Source: an uncultured Actinomycetes bacterium (GTDB lineage Bacteria; Actinomycetota; UBA4738; HRBIN12). From it: DNA of 64,000 nucleotides. Below, piece after piece: positions 1 to 9,871 of this stretch (its first letter is position 1; every line of letters begins with the position of its first letter). Where the stretch lies: positions 1,760,001-1,824,000 of the forward strand of contig OY969934.1 of assembly GCA_963704725.1 (NCBI GenBank), read 5' to 3'. A program made the translations under genes and the position numbers. The notes under the pieces are model-generated. The model saw only the letters and a list, made by a program, of their open reading frames with translations, was not told the origin of the DNA and made no database searches.

Positions 1-377
1 CCCACCGAGCCGGCGACGAAGCGATCGGGCCCGAAGGCGTCTGTAGCGCGCCGCGCGATCTCGGCCCCGGCGCGGTTCATCTCGTAGACGACGGACTCGA
101 GCCCGTAGTCGGCCTGGGCGATGGCCGTCGACGTGAACGTGTTCGTGGTGACGATGTCGGCGCCCGCGGCCAGGTACGAGCGGTGGATGTCCTCCACGAC
201 GTCGGGTCGGGTCAGGTTCAGCAGGTCGGGGTCGCCCTTGACGTCGCGGGGGTGATCGCGGAACCGCTCGCCCCGGTAGTCGTCGTCGGAGAGCGCGCGA
301 TCCTGGATCGCGGTGCCGTACGCCCCGTCGAGGATCAGGATCCGTTCGGCGCACAGGGCCTCGAGCCGCTCCCGCAT
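1..377 (-). CDS. metH: Methionine synthase, N-terminal homocysteine S-methyltransferase domain (truncated by window edge)
   Basis: Reverse strand from ATG at 377 reads [25 protein letters not shown]...[34 protein letters not shown], the typical MetH N-terminus; absent from the ORF track because it runs off the window. Confidence 0.88.
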   Translation of the reverse strand, partial: MRERLEALCAERILILDGAYGTAIQDRALSDDDYRGERFRDHPRDVKGDPDLLNLTRPDVVEDIHRSYLAAGADIVTTNTFTSTAIAQADYGLESVVYEMNRAGAEIARRATDAFGPDRFVAGSV

Positions 378-474
378 GCCGAAACGCTACCGGCCGCGAT
401 CGGACCTGACCAGGGCTTCGCCCGCCCAGTCGGTGGGGTAGGCTGCGGCGGTGCCGCGAACGGACGGAGGACAG

Positions 475-1002
475 ATGGCCAAGGACGTGTTCAACGCCCT
501 CTCTGGGGCCGTCCCGCGATCCATCGCGATGCCGGGGATGACCGAACGTGTGCCGGCGACCGGACACCGGACCGACCAGCCGCTGGGACGTCGCGGCACC
601 GACCTCCTGGGGCAGGTCCCGCTGTTCGCCGGTCTGTCCAAGCGCCACCTCCGCCAGATCGCGGAGCACGCCGACGTCGTGGGCTTCCGCGAGCGCGAGG
701 CGATCGTGGAGGCCGATCAGCCGGGCGGAACGTTCTACGTGATCCTGGAGGGCGCCGCGAAGGTGACGCGCCGGGGGCGGACGATCGGCCGGCTCGAGCC
801 GGGTGACTTCTTCGGCGAGATCTCGCTCCTCGACGGCGGACCCAGGACGGCGTCGGTGGTGGCGGAGACGCCGGTCAGGGCGATCCGCATCTTCAAGCGC
901 TCCTTCGACCGGGTGGTGTCCGAGGAGCCGAGCGTGGCGACGAAGATCCTCCAGGTCGTGGCGCGCCGGCTCCGCGACGCGGAGCCCTCGATCAGCAGCT
1001 GA
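475..1002 (+). CDS. Cyclic nucleotide-binding domain protein (no HTH)
   Basis: VPLFAGLS...FYVILEG...GDFFGEISLLDGGPRTASVVA cNMP-binding motif; ATG 475 follows GGAGG (alternative start 538). Confidence 0.85.
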   Translation: MAKDVFNALSGAVPRSIAMPGMTERVPATGHRTDQPLGRRGTDLLGQVPLFAGLSKRHLRQIAEHADVVGFREREAIVEADQPGGTFYVILEGAAKVTRRGRTIGRLEPGDFFGEISLLDGGPRTASVVAETPVRAIRIFKRSFDRVVSEEPSVATKILQVVARRLRDAEPSISS

Positions 1003-1490
1003 TGCTCGCGATCGACCTGCGCTGGTGGAAGCTCCTGCACATCCTCGGCGTGCTGGGCTTCGTGCTGTTCCACGGTGTGTCGATCCTGGTGGCCTTCCGG
1101 CTGCGCAAGGAGCGGGACCGCGCGCGCATCGAGGGCCTGCTGCAGTTCTCGGGAACCGCCGTGCAGGGGATGTACCTCTCGCTGCTGGCGTTGATCGTGT
1201 TCGGGGTCATCGCCGGGTTCGCCGAGCACGTCTGGGGCTTCTGGTGGATCTGGATCGCCATCGGACTGCTCGTCGTCACCATCGCGGAGATGATGGTGGT
1301 CGCCCGTCCCTACTACGAGCGGGTGAAGGAGGCGATCCAGCTCCGCCCGTCGGGTGTTCCGCGAAGGAGCGACGAGGACCTCGACGAGATGCTCCGCTCG
1401 CGGGTGGCCCTGTTCAACGCCGCGTGGGGGATCGGTGCGCTCGTCCTCATCGCGGTGCTGATGGTCTGGAAGCCGACCTGGCACCTGTGA
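1002..1490 (+). CDS. Four-helix membrane protein, DUF2269-like
   Basis: WKLLHIL N-terminal motif, four hydrophobic segments, C-terminal LMVWKP; TGATG overlap with the upstream gene. Confidence 0.7.
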   Translation: MLAIDLRWWKLLHILGVLGFVLFHGVSILVAFRLRKERDRARIEGLLQFSGTAVQGMYLSLLALIVFGVIAGFAEHVWGFWWIWIAIGLLVVTIAEMMVVARPYYERVKEAIQLRPSGVPRRSDEDLDEMLRSRVALFNAAWGIGALVLIAVLMVWKPTWHL

Positions 1491-1508
1491 GCCGGGGCGG
1501 GCGGCCGG

Positions 1509-2531
1509 TCAGAGATCGGTCGGCGCGAGGGGTCGCTCCGCGGGGCCGTTGACCACCTCGCCGGTGGGCGCATACCGCGAGCCGTGGCAGGGACAGTCCC
1601 ACGTCCGCTCCGCGGCGTTCCACCTCACCGTGCAGCCCATGTGGGTGCACCGGGCCGAGACGGCGGTGACCTTGCCTCGCTCGTCCCGGTACACGGCCAC
1701 CTTGTGGTCCCCGGTCTCGACGATCCCGCCCTCGCCGGGTTGGATCTCCGACAGGTTCTGGGCGATCGTCCGGGCCACGAGGACGTCGCACGTGGCGTAC
1801 TCGGCAACGTCTCGGGGGACCGAGCCGAGTACGGCGGCCCGCGCCCCCGCCATCCCTCGGTTGCCGACGACCACGAGGTCGAAGCCCTCCTGGTCCGCCG
1901 TGGCCACGATCTGGTCGGCTGCATCGCCCTCCAGGATCACCAGGCCGACCGGGGCGCCCTCGCCGATCGTGGCCGCCGTGTCGCCGAGCACGAGCTCCCC
2001 GGTCTTGGGGTGCCCCACGAACAGCAGCGTCATGGAGGCCTCGAGACGGGCGGCGAGCGCGTAGGCCTTGCGCGCCGCCCGATCGGCGGTGGCGGACCCG
2101 TCGGTCGCGAGCAGGATCCGCCGGTACGGCGGCATCCCGTGCGGCCGGTCGGACTCGTCGCGGGCCCGGGTGAGCAGGACGTCGCACGGCGCGTGGGTCG
2201 TGATCTTCCGCACGACGCTGCCGATGAGCTGCTCCTCCTTGTACAGGCCGCGGCTGCCCGTGACGATCACCTCGGCGTCGCGCTCCTCGGCGGCGCGGAT
2301 GACGGCCTCGGCGGGCTCGTCGGCCGAGAGCACCACCTCGGTCTTCACGCCCTCGCGCTCGGCGATCCGCAGGGCCCGGGCCACGGCTGCATCCGCCTTC
2401 GCCGGGTCGGTGTACGCATGCACGACGGCCAGCGCGCCCTTGGTGGCGGCCGCCAGGCTCGCGGCGACGTGCTCGGCCGTCTCCGCCGTAGGCGAGCCGT
2501 CGGTGGCCAGGACGATGCGTCGGTACGCCAT
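1509..2531 (-). CDS. Tandem universal stress protein domains fused to a C-terminal Rieske [2Fe-2S] domain
   Basis: Two YRRI(V/L)LATDGS...G(S/N)RG...GSV...CDVL USP repeats followed by CTHMGC...WDCPCHGSRY. Confidence 0.88.
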   Translation of the reverse strand: MAYRRIVLATDGSPTAETAEHVAASLAAATKGALAVVHAYTDPAKADAAVARALRIAEREGVKTEVVLSADEPAEAVIRAAEERDAEVIVTGSRGLYKEEQLIGSVVRKITTHAPCDVLLTRARDESDRPHGMPPYRRILLATDGSATADRAARKAYALAARLEASMTLLFVGHPKTGELVLGDTAATIGEGAPVGLVILEGDAADQIVATADQEGFDLVVVGNRGMAGARAAVLGSVPRDVAEYATCDVLVARTIAQNLSEIQPGEGGIVETGDHKVAVYRDERGKVTAVSARCTHMGCTVRWNAAERTWDCPCHGSRYAPTGEVVNGPAERPLAPTDL

Positions 2532-2564
2532 GCGGGCGGTCCTTTCCGAGAGGTGCGAGCCCCG

Positions 2565-3506
2565 CTACGAGGGTTCGGGGCGGGGGGAGACTATCGCGTC
2601 GAGCTCGGCGAGCGTCGCGGCGTCGAGGTCGAGGTCGCCCGCCGCGGCGTTCGCCCGGACGTGGCCGCCGTCGCGGCTGCCCGCGATCGCCGTCGTGACC
2701 CCCGGCTGGTGCGTGGTCCAGGCCAGGGCGAGCTGGGCCAGGGAGACCTCGAGGCGCTCGGCGATGGGGCGGAGCGCGTCCACCACGGCGAGGTTCGCCT
2801 CGCGTGTGCCCGGCGAGAAGAGTCCGTCGCGGCCCCCCCGATGGTCGCCGGGTGCGAACGTCGTGTCGGCCCCGATCGAGCCGGTGAGCAGCCCGTACGC
2901 GAGAGGGCCGTACGCCAGCACGCCGGTTCCCCGGTCCCCGCACCACCGGATCAGCTCGCGGTCGTGAAGGACCAGCATCGAGAACTCCTGCTGGAGCGAG
3001 TCGACGTGTCGCCCAGCCTCGCAGCGCTCGATGAGGGCCTGGTCGAAGTTGGAGACGCCGACGAATCGGACCAGACCCTCGTCCACGAGATCCACCATCG
3101 CGCCCCAGGTGTCCTCGACGGGCACGCCGGTCTCGTCGGGCCAGTGGAGCTGGTAGAGGTCCACGTGGTCGATGCCGAGGCGCCCCAGGCTCCCCGTGCA
3201 CGCCCGGCGGACCTCCTCGGGCCGGAACCCGGATCCTTCGGGCCGAGGGCCGACCTTCGTGGCGATCAGCACGTCGTCCCGGCGGCCGGCGATGGCTCGA
3301 CCGACGAGCTTCTCCGAACGCCCGGAGCCGTAGACCTCGGCGGTGTCGATCCAGTCCATGCCCGAGTCCAGGGCGGCCCGCATGGCCTCCAGGATCTGCT
3401 CGTCGGGGGGCGCCTCGCCCCATTCGGCCCCGCCGCCGGCCTCCCACGCCCCGAACCCGACCACCGACAGCTCCGGCCCCTGCGAGCCGAGGCGCCTCGT
3501 CCTCAT
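2565..3506 (-). CDS. Aldo/keto reductase
   Basis: MRTRRLG...GFGAW, IDTAEVYG, IATKVG, LYQLHWPD, VGVSNF motifs. Confidence 0.9.
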   Translation of the reverse strand: MRTRRLGSQGPELSVVGFGAWEAGGGAEWGEAPPDEQILEAMRAALDSGMDWIDTAEVYGSGRSEKLVGRAIAGRRDDVLIATKVGPRPEGSGFRPEEVRRACTGSLGRLGIDHVDLYQLHWPDETGVPVEDTWGAMVDLVDEGLVRFVGVSNFDQALIERCEAGRHVDSLQQEFSMLVLHDRELIRWCGDRGTGVLAYGPLAYGLLTGSIGADTTFAPGDHRGGRDGLFSPGTREANLAVVDALRPIAERLEVSLAQLALAWTTHQPGVTTAIAGSRDGGHVRANAAAGDLDLDAATLAELDAIVSPRPEPS

Positions 3507-3661
3507 CGTGCCGCTCCTTCCGCCCGAGGCGTCCACGGACGGTGCGGCCCGCGCCGCCGCGAGCTCCGCCCGGTTCGCCGGTGCGCGGTAGGCTAGTTGA
3601 GGAACGCGGTGGGTGACCGAATCACGCTGAAGGAGGCGTGCCGGGCCGTGCCCGGCGACCG

Positions 3662-5499
3662 ATGACCAAGCAGGTCGAGGAGAAGCAGCGCGTCGTCATC
3701 CGGTTCGCCGGGGACTCGGGTGACGGGATGCAGTTGACCGGCGACCGGTTCACGAACGCGACCGCCGTCCTCGGGAACGACCTCGCGACCATGCCGGACT
3801 TCCCCGCGGAGATCCGGGCGCCGGCGGGCACCGTCCACGGCGTCTCGGCCTTCCAGATCCAGTTCGCGTCGACCGACATCCTCACGCCGGGCGATCACCC
3901 GAGCGTGCTCGTGGCGATGAACCCCGCGGCCCTGAAGGCGGAGCTGTCCTCGGTGGAGAAGGGCGGCACGATCATCGTCAACGAGGACGCCTTCACGGAC
4001 CGCAACCTGCAGAAGGCGGGCTACGCGGCGGACCCCACGGGCGACGGGACGCTCGACGGCTATCAGATCTTCAAGGTCCCGATGACCTCGATCACGGTCC
4101 GCGCCGTCGAGGAGCTCGGGATCTCGCGCAAGGAGGCCGAGCGCTCGAAGAACATGTTCGCGCTCGGGCTGCTCTCGTGGATGTTCGGGCGGCCCACCGA
4201 GGTCACGCTCAACTGGCTCCAGAAGAAGTTCGGCGACAAGCCGCAGGTGTTCGACGCCAACGTCGCGGCCTTCAAGGCCGGCTACAACTTCGGCGAGACC
4301 ACCGAGCTGTTCGCGACGTCGTACATGGTCAAGCCGGCGCCGGCCATGCCCGGAACGTACCGGAACATCACCGGCGCCACCGCGCTGGCATGGGGGCTCG
4401 TGGCGGCGGCCGAGCGGAGCGGCCTCCGTCTGTTCTACGCCAGCTATCCCATCACGCCGGCGTCCGAGCTCCTGCACGAGCTCTCGCGGTTGAAGAACTT
4501 CGGCGTGATCACGCTCCAGGCGGAGGACGAGATCGCGGCGGCCAACGTCGCGCTCGGCGCCTCCTTCGCGGGCGACCTCGGCGTGACGGGGACGAGCGGC
4601 CCGGGCATGGACCTGAAGGCCGAGACCCTGGGGCTCGCCGTGATCCTCGAGCTCCCCATGGTGATCGTCGACGTGCAGCGGGCCGGTCCCTCGACGGGGA
4701 TGCCCACCAAGACCGAGCAGGGCGACCTGCTGCTGTCGATGTTCGGCCGCCACGGCGAGTCGCCGATGCCGGTCGTGGCGGCGCGGTCGCCCGGGCACTG
4801 CTTCGACGCGGCGCTCGAGGCGGCTCGGATCGCCGTGACGTACCGGACGCCGGTGATCCTGCTCTCGGACACGTTCCTGGCGAACTCGTCCGAGCCGTGG
4901 GCGATCCCCGACGTGGACACGCTCCCTACGATCGACCCGAACTTCGCGAGCGGCCCGAACGCCGGCCAGGAGTTCCTGCCGTACCTGCGGGACGAGCATC
5001 TCGCGCGGCCCTGGGCCGTCCCCGGAACGAAGGGGCTCCGGCACCGGATCGGCGGGCTCGAGAAGGAGGACGGGACGGGCGACATCAGCTACGACCCGGA
5101 CAACCACGAGCACATGACGCACCTGCGGGCGGCGAAGGTGGCCATGGTGGCGGAGGGCGTGCCGCCGCTCGAGGTGGACGACCCCGACGGCGACGCCGAG
5201 CTCCTCGTGATCGGCTGGGGCTCGACGTACGGGACGATCCGAGCCGCCGCGCGGCGGGTTCGAGACGCCGGCCGGACGGTCGCCACGGTGCACCTCATGC
5301 ACCTCAACCCCTTCCCCTCGAACATGGAGGAGGTCATCCGCCGGTACCCGAAGGTGCTGATCCCGGAGCTGAATCTCGGCCAGCTGGCGCTCCTGATCCG
5401 CGGACGCTTCCTGGTGGACGCGCGGAGCCTCACGAAGGTGCAGGGGCAGCCGATCTTCGCCGAGGAACTGGAGACCGAGATCCTGAAGGTGATGGACGA

Positions 5500-5503
<4 letters not shown>
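3662..5503 (+). CDS. korA: 2-oxoacid:ferredoxin oxidoreductase alpha subunit
   Basis: IRFAGDSGDGMQL, YPITPAS, QAEDEIAA, TSGPG, DVQRAGPSTGMPTK motifs. Confidence 0.93.
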
Positions 5504-6549
<1,046 letters not shown>

Positions 6550-6550
6550 G

Positions 6551-7735
6551 CTAGGAGGACCCCGCCGCCCCGTGCCGGGCCATCGCGGCCTCGGCCACCG
6601 ACCCCACCTCTCGGAGCTCGTGGACGAGCGGGGGCAGCATCTCGAGGAGGCGGTCGACGTCGGCGTCGGTCGTCTCCGGACCGACCCCGATCCGGAAGCT
6701 CGCCGTCCCCGGGTGGCCCAGGTGCTCGAGCACGGGTGAGGGATCGCCGGGGGCCCCGGAGCAGGTGGATCCGGCGGCCACGCGGAACCCGCGGTCGTCG
6801 AGCGCCATGCTGAGGATCTCGGCGTCGAGGTCCGGGACGGAGAAGCACACGAGGTGCGGGACCCGCTGCGTGGGATGGCCGTGCACCTGCGCGTGGGGGA
6901 CCCGCTCCACGATCTCGCGCCGGATGCGCTCGGTCACGGACCACTGCCGGGCGGCCTGATCGGCCATGTCCTCCAGGCGCGCCCCCAGGGCCGCCGCCAT
7001 CGCCGCGACCCCGGGCACGTTCTCCATGCCCGATCGGCGGCGCCGCTCTCGGTCGTCCCCGCACGGGTAGGCCGCGACGGGAACACCTCTGCGCACGTAC
7101 AGGGCTCCCACCCCCGCCGGGCCGCCGAACTTGTGCCCGGACAGCGACAGGAGGTCGACGTCGAGCGTGTGGACGTCGACCGGAAGCCGTCCCACCGTCT
7201 GGCAGGCGTCGGTGTGGAACAGGACGCGCGCCTCGCGGCACAGCAGGGCGGCCTCGGCGATCTGTTGGATCGTGCCGACCTCGTGGTTGGCGTGCTGGAC
7301 GGACGCGAGGAGGGTGCCGGGCCGGCGCACCTCGGTCGCGAACCGGTCGAGGTCGATGCGGCCGTCGCCGTCCACCTCGACCAGCGCCGATTGGAACCCG
7401 TCCGTCTCGAGCGTGTGGAGGACGCCTCCTACGGCCGGGTGTTCGACGGTCGACGTCACGATGCGGCGGCCGATCTCCCGAACGGGCCGAACACCGCCCC
7501 AGATGGCGAGGGCGACGGCCTCCGTCCCTCCGCTCGTGAAGACGATCTCGTCGGGCTGGGCCCGGATGGCCTCGGCGATCTGGGCTCGGGCCTCGTCCAG
7601 GAGGCGCCGGGCAGCCATGCCGTTGCGGTGCAGACGGAGCGGGTCGCCGAATTCGTCGAGCGCGGCGACGAGGGCGGCGCGGGCGCGGGGGTCGAGCGGC
7701 GTCGCGGACGCGTGATCGAGATACGTCTCGTGCAT
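6551..7735 (-). CDS. Cysteine desulfurase (IscS/NifS family)
   Basis: YLDHASATP, FTSGGTE, EHPAV, HTDACQ, SGHKFGGP, GSTCS with the catalytic Cys. Confidence 0.88.
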   Translation of the reverse strand: MHETYLDHASATPLDPRARAALVAALDEFGDPLRLHRNGMAARRLLDEARAQIAEAIRAQPDEIVFTSGGTEAVALAIWGGVRPVREIGRRIVTSTVEHPAVGGVLHTLETDGFQSALVEVDGDGRIDLDRFATEVRRPGTLLASVQHANHEVGTIQQIAEAALLCREARVLFHTDACQTVGRLPVDVHTLDVDLLSLSGHKFGGPAGVGALYVRRGVPVAAYPCGDDRERRRRSGMENVPGVAAMAAALGARLEDMADQAARQWSVTERIRREIVERVPHAQVHGHPTQRVPHLVCFSVPDLDAEILSMALDDRGFRVAAGSTCSGAPGDPSPVLEHLGHPGTASFRIGVGPETTDADVDRLLEMLPPLVHELREVGSVAEAAMARHGAAGSS

Positions 7736-7793
7736 CGACGGAGTCTCCGGTCCTCGGAAGGCCGCTCCATGATAGGAGCGTCAGTCGCGAGCG

Positions 7794-8480
7794 CTAGGGC
7801 GTCGGCGGCGGGCGGTCGCGCAGGAAGACGGTCGCGTACAGGACCGCCGCGATGGTCGCGCCGGCCGCCGGGCCCACGATCCAGACGTACCAGTCGGACC
7901 ACGTGCCGCTCGCGAGCGCCGGCCCCACCCACCTCGCCGGGTTGAGCGCCGCCCCGGTGAACGGGCCGAATGCCAGGATCGCGACGGCGAGGGTCAGCCC
8001 CGCGGCCACGGCGCCGAAGCCCCGGGGGCCGTGCGGCTCGACCACGGCCGCGAAGACCGCGAACACCAGCAGGAAGGAGCACGTCGCCTCGATCACGATG
8101 GCCTTGCCCGTGGCGAGGCCGGAGGCGATGGCCGGCGTGCCGCCCGCCGCCGCGTCGAACGCGGTCCCCGGCACGAGGTAGCGGAGCAGGAGCCCGGCGA
8201 GCACGGCGCCCACGACCTGGGCCACGATCGCGGACACGGTGCGTGCCGTGGTCCGATGGCCGACGACCCACAGCGACACGGCGATCGCCGGGTTGAGCAT
8301 CCCGCCTTCGAGATGCGCCGTGATCGACAGCATCACCGCGAACACGAGCCCGCTCGCGAGCGCGACGCCCGTCAGGTCGAGGCCGAACCCCGACGTGATC
8401 GCCGCACCCGCGCCGATGAACACGAGCGCGAACGTCCCCACCAGCTCGGCGACGGCCGCCTTCGTCGTTTCCACGCGCAC
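7794..8480 (-). CDS. Aquaporin / MIP family channel
   Basis: AELVGTFALVFIG and two NPA motifs (LNPAI, LNPAR). Confidence 0.9.
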   Translation of the reverse strand: MRVETTKAAVAELVGTFALVFIGAGAAITSGFGLDLTGVALASGLVFAVMLSITAHLEGGMLNPAIAVSLWVVGHRTTARTVSAIVAQVVGAVLAGLLLRYLVPGTAFDAAAGGTPAIASGLATGKAIVIEATCSFLLVFAVFAAVVEPHGPRGFGAVAAGLTLAVAILAFGPFTGAALNPARWVGPALASGTWSDWYVWIVGPAAGATIAAVLYATVFLRDRPPPTP

Positions 8481-8577
8481 CCTCCGATCCTCCGACGAGG
8501 CACTGTGAGCGGTCGGACGATAGCCGAGCGCCGCCCGACGTCAAAGCCGCTCGGGGGTCGTTGGTAGTATCCGGCGG

Positions 8578-8973
8578 GTGAAGGTCCTGCTCATGGCCCC
8601 CGACCCCGCCTCGCGAGCGCTCATGCGCATCGTCGTGCGGAGCATCGAGCGGACCGCCGGCTCCCCTCTGGTGTTCCTGGAGGCCGCCGACGGGTCCGAG
8701 GGCGTCCGGATCGGCCTGCGGGAGCGTCCGGACGCGATCGTGGCCGACGAGATCGCCTCGCGCGAAGGGGCCTTCTCGCTGGCCCGGACGCTGCGCGGGG
8801 ATCCCGATCCCTTCACCGGCGCCATCGTGATCCTGCTGGAGCGCAAGCAGGACGCGTGGCTGGCACGCTGGTCGGGAGCCGACGCGTGGTTCGTGAAGCC
8901 GGTCGACCCGTTCGAGCTCGCCGGCCGGCTGCTGGAGCTGGTGGAGGCCCCGACACAGAGGGAGAGCGCGTGA
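8578..8973 (+). CDS. Stand-alone response regulator receiver (Rv3143-like)
   Basis: Receiver fold with PDAIVAD and DAWLARWSGADAWFVKPVDPFEL; TAGTAT -10 seven nt upstream of the GTG. Confidence 0.75.
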   Translation: MKVLLMAPDPASRALMRIVVRSIERTAGSPLVFLEAADGSEGVRIGLRERPDAIVADEIASREGAFSLARTLRGDPDPFTGAIVILLERKQDAWLARWSGADAWFVKPVDPFELAGRLLELVEAPTQRESA

Positions 8974-9260
8974 AGATCAAGGGAACGTGCCGGAGGTGCG
9001 GCCGGGAGTTCCTGGTCGAGCAGGTGCTGGAGAACGGCGGGGTCTGCCCGTGGGACGGCAAGCCATTCCAGCCGGACTACGCGGTCGTGCTCGTCGACAT
9101 GCTCCGCGACGCGGAGAGCGCCGGAAGCACCCTGGAGAACGCGCTGGAGAAGGTGGCCGACCTCGAACCCGAGTTCGTCCTTCACCCGGACACGGTGCTC
9201 GACCGGCAGCGCGAGCACCTCGAGCGCCTGGAGCGGACCCACGGCCAGCACCGCGGCTGA
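8970..9260 (+). CDS. Hypothetical protein with possible metal-binding motif
   Basis: GTGA overlap with the receiver gene; MKIKGTCRRCG...GGVCPWDG. Confidence 0.7.
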   Translation: MKIKGTCRRCGREFLVEQVLENGGVCPWDGKPFQPDYAVVLVDMLRDAESAGSTLENALEKVADLEPEFVLHPDTVLDRQREHLERLERTHGQHRG

Positions 9261-9468
9261 GGCGCCCAACCGATTCGGCGTCGCCATCCGCCGCGACGGG
9301 GATGGCTGGCTCGTGACGATCGTCGATCCCGCCGGTCGCGAGGTCTCCTCCCGCGCCTGCGGCGACGAGACGGAGGCCACGACCTACGCGTCGACGGTCC
9401 GCCAGCACGTGACGTGGCTGTCCGAGGGCAAGTTCCGGGAGTACTACCGGCTGCCCGAGGAGGGGTGA
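9241..9468 (+). CDS. Small hypothetical protein (start uncertain: ACG 9241 or GTG 9313)
   Basis: High-GC3 open frame ...APNRFGVAIRRDGDGWLVTIVDPAGREVSSRACGDETEATTYASTVRQHVTWLSEGKFREYYRLPEEG* filling the operon gap; not in the ORF track. Confidence 0.55.
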   Translation, partial: TASTAAEAPNRFGVAIRRDGDGWLVTIVDPAGREVSSRACGDETEATTYASTVRQHVTWLSEGKFREYYRLPEEG

Positions 9469-9470
9469 CG

Positions 9471-9578
9471 GTGGGGTTCAACGCGATGCAGCCGGGGCGG
9501 ATCAAGCGGGGAGACCTGCTCTATCTCGTCGCGGCCGCCGTGGTGATCGTGGGCCTCGTCGTGTGGGCCCTGCGGTAG
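9471..9578 (+). CDS. 35-aa single-pass membrane peptide
   Basis: GAGGAGG RBS before the GTG; MGFNAMQPGRIKRGDLLYLVAAAVVIVGLVVWALR*. Confidence 0.55.
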   Translation: MGFNAMQPGRIKRGDLLYLVAAAVVIVGLVVWALR

Positions 9579-9582
9579 CGGG

Positions 9583-9870
9583 TCAGCCCTCGTCGAAGCC
9601 GATCGAGAACAACCGCTCCAGGTCGTGCTTGGAGTAGACCTGGAACGCGATGAGCGTCTCGGTACGGGCGACACCGACGACCTTCGAGATGCCGCCGGGG
9701 ATCACCGTGGCCAGGTCGTCGTGCTTGGCCACCCGGACGATGGCCACCAGGTCGAACTCCCCGGCGACCGAGTAGACCTCCGACACACCGTCGAGGTCGG
9801 CGATCGCCTGCGCGGCCTCGGGGATCTCGTCGATCTCGCACTGGATCAGCACGACGGCGTGGACGGTCAT
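9583..9870 (-). CDS. Lrp/AsnC ligand-binding (RAM) domain protein
   Basis: VSEVYSVAGEFDLVAIVRV...TETLIAF...DLE. Confidence 0.88.
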   Translation of the reverse strand: MTVHAVVLIQCEIDEIPEAAQAIADLDGVSEVYSVAGEFDLVAIVRVAKHDDLATVIPGGISKVVGVARTETLIAFQVYSKHDLERLFSIGFDEG

Positions 9871-9871
9871 G

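Noticed and set aside
378-450. SAM or cobalamin riboswitch upstream of metH
   Set aside because: The -10 lies 6 nt from the ATG, leaving no room, and there is no consensus
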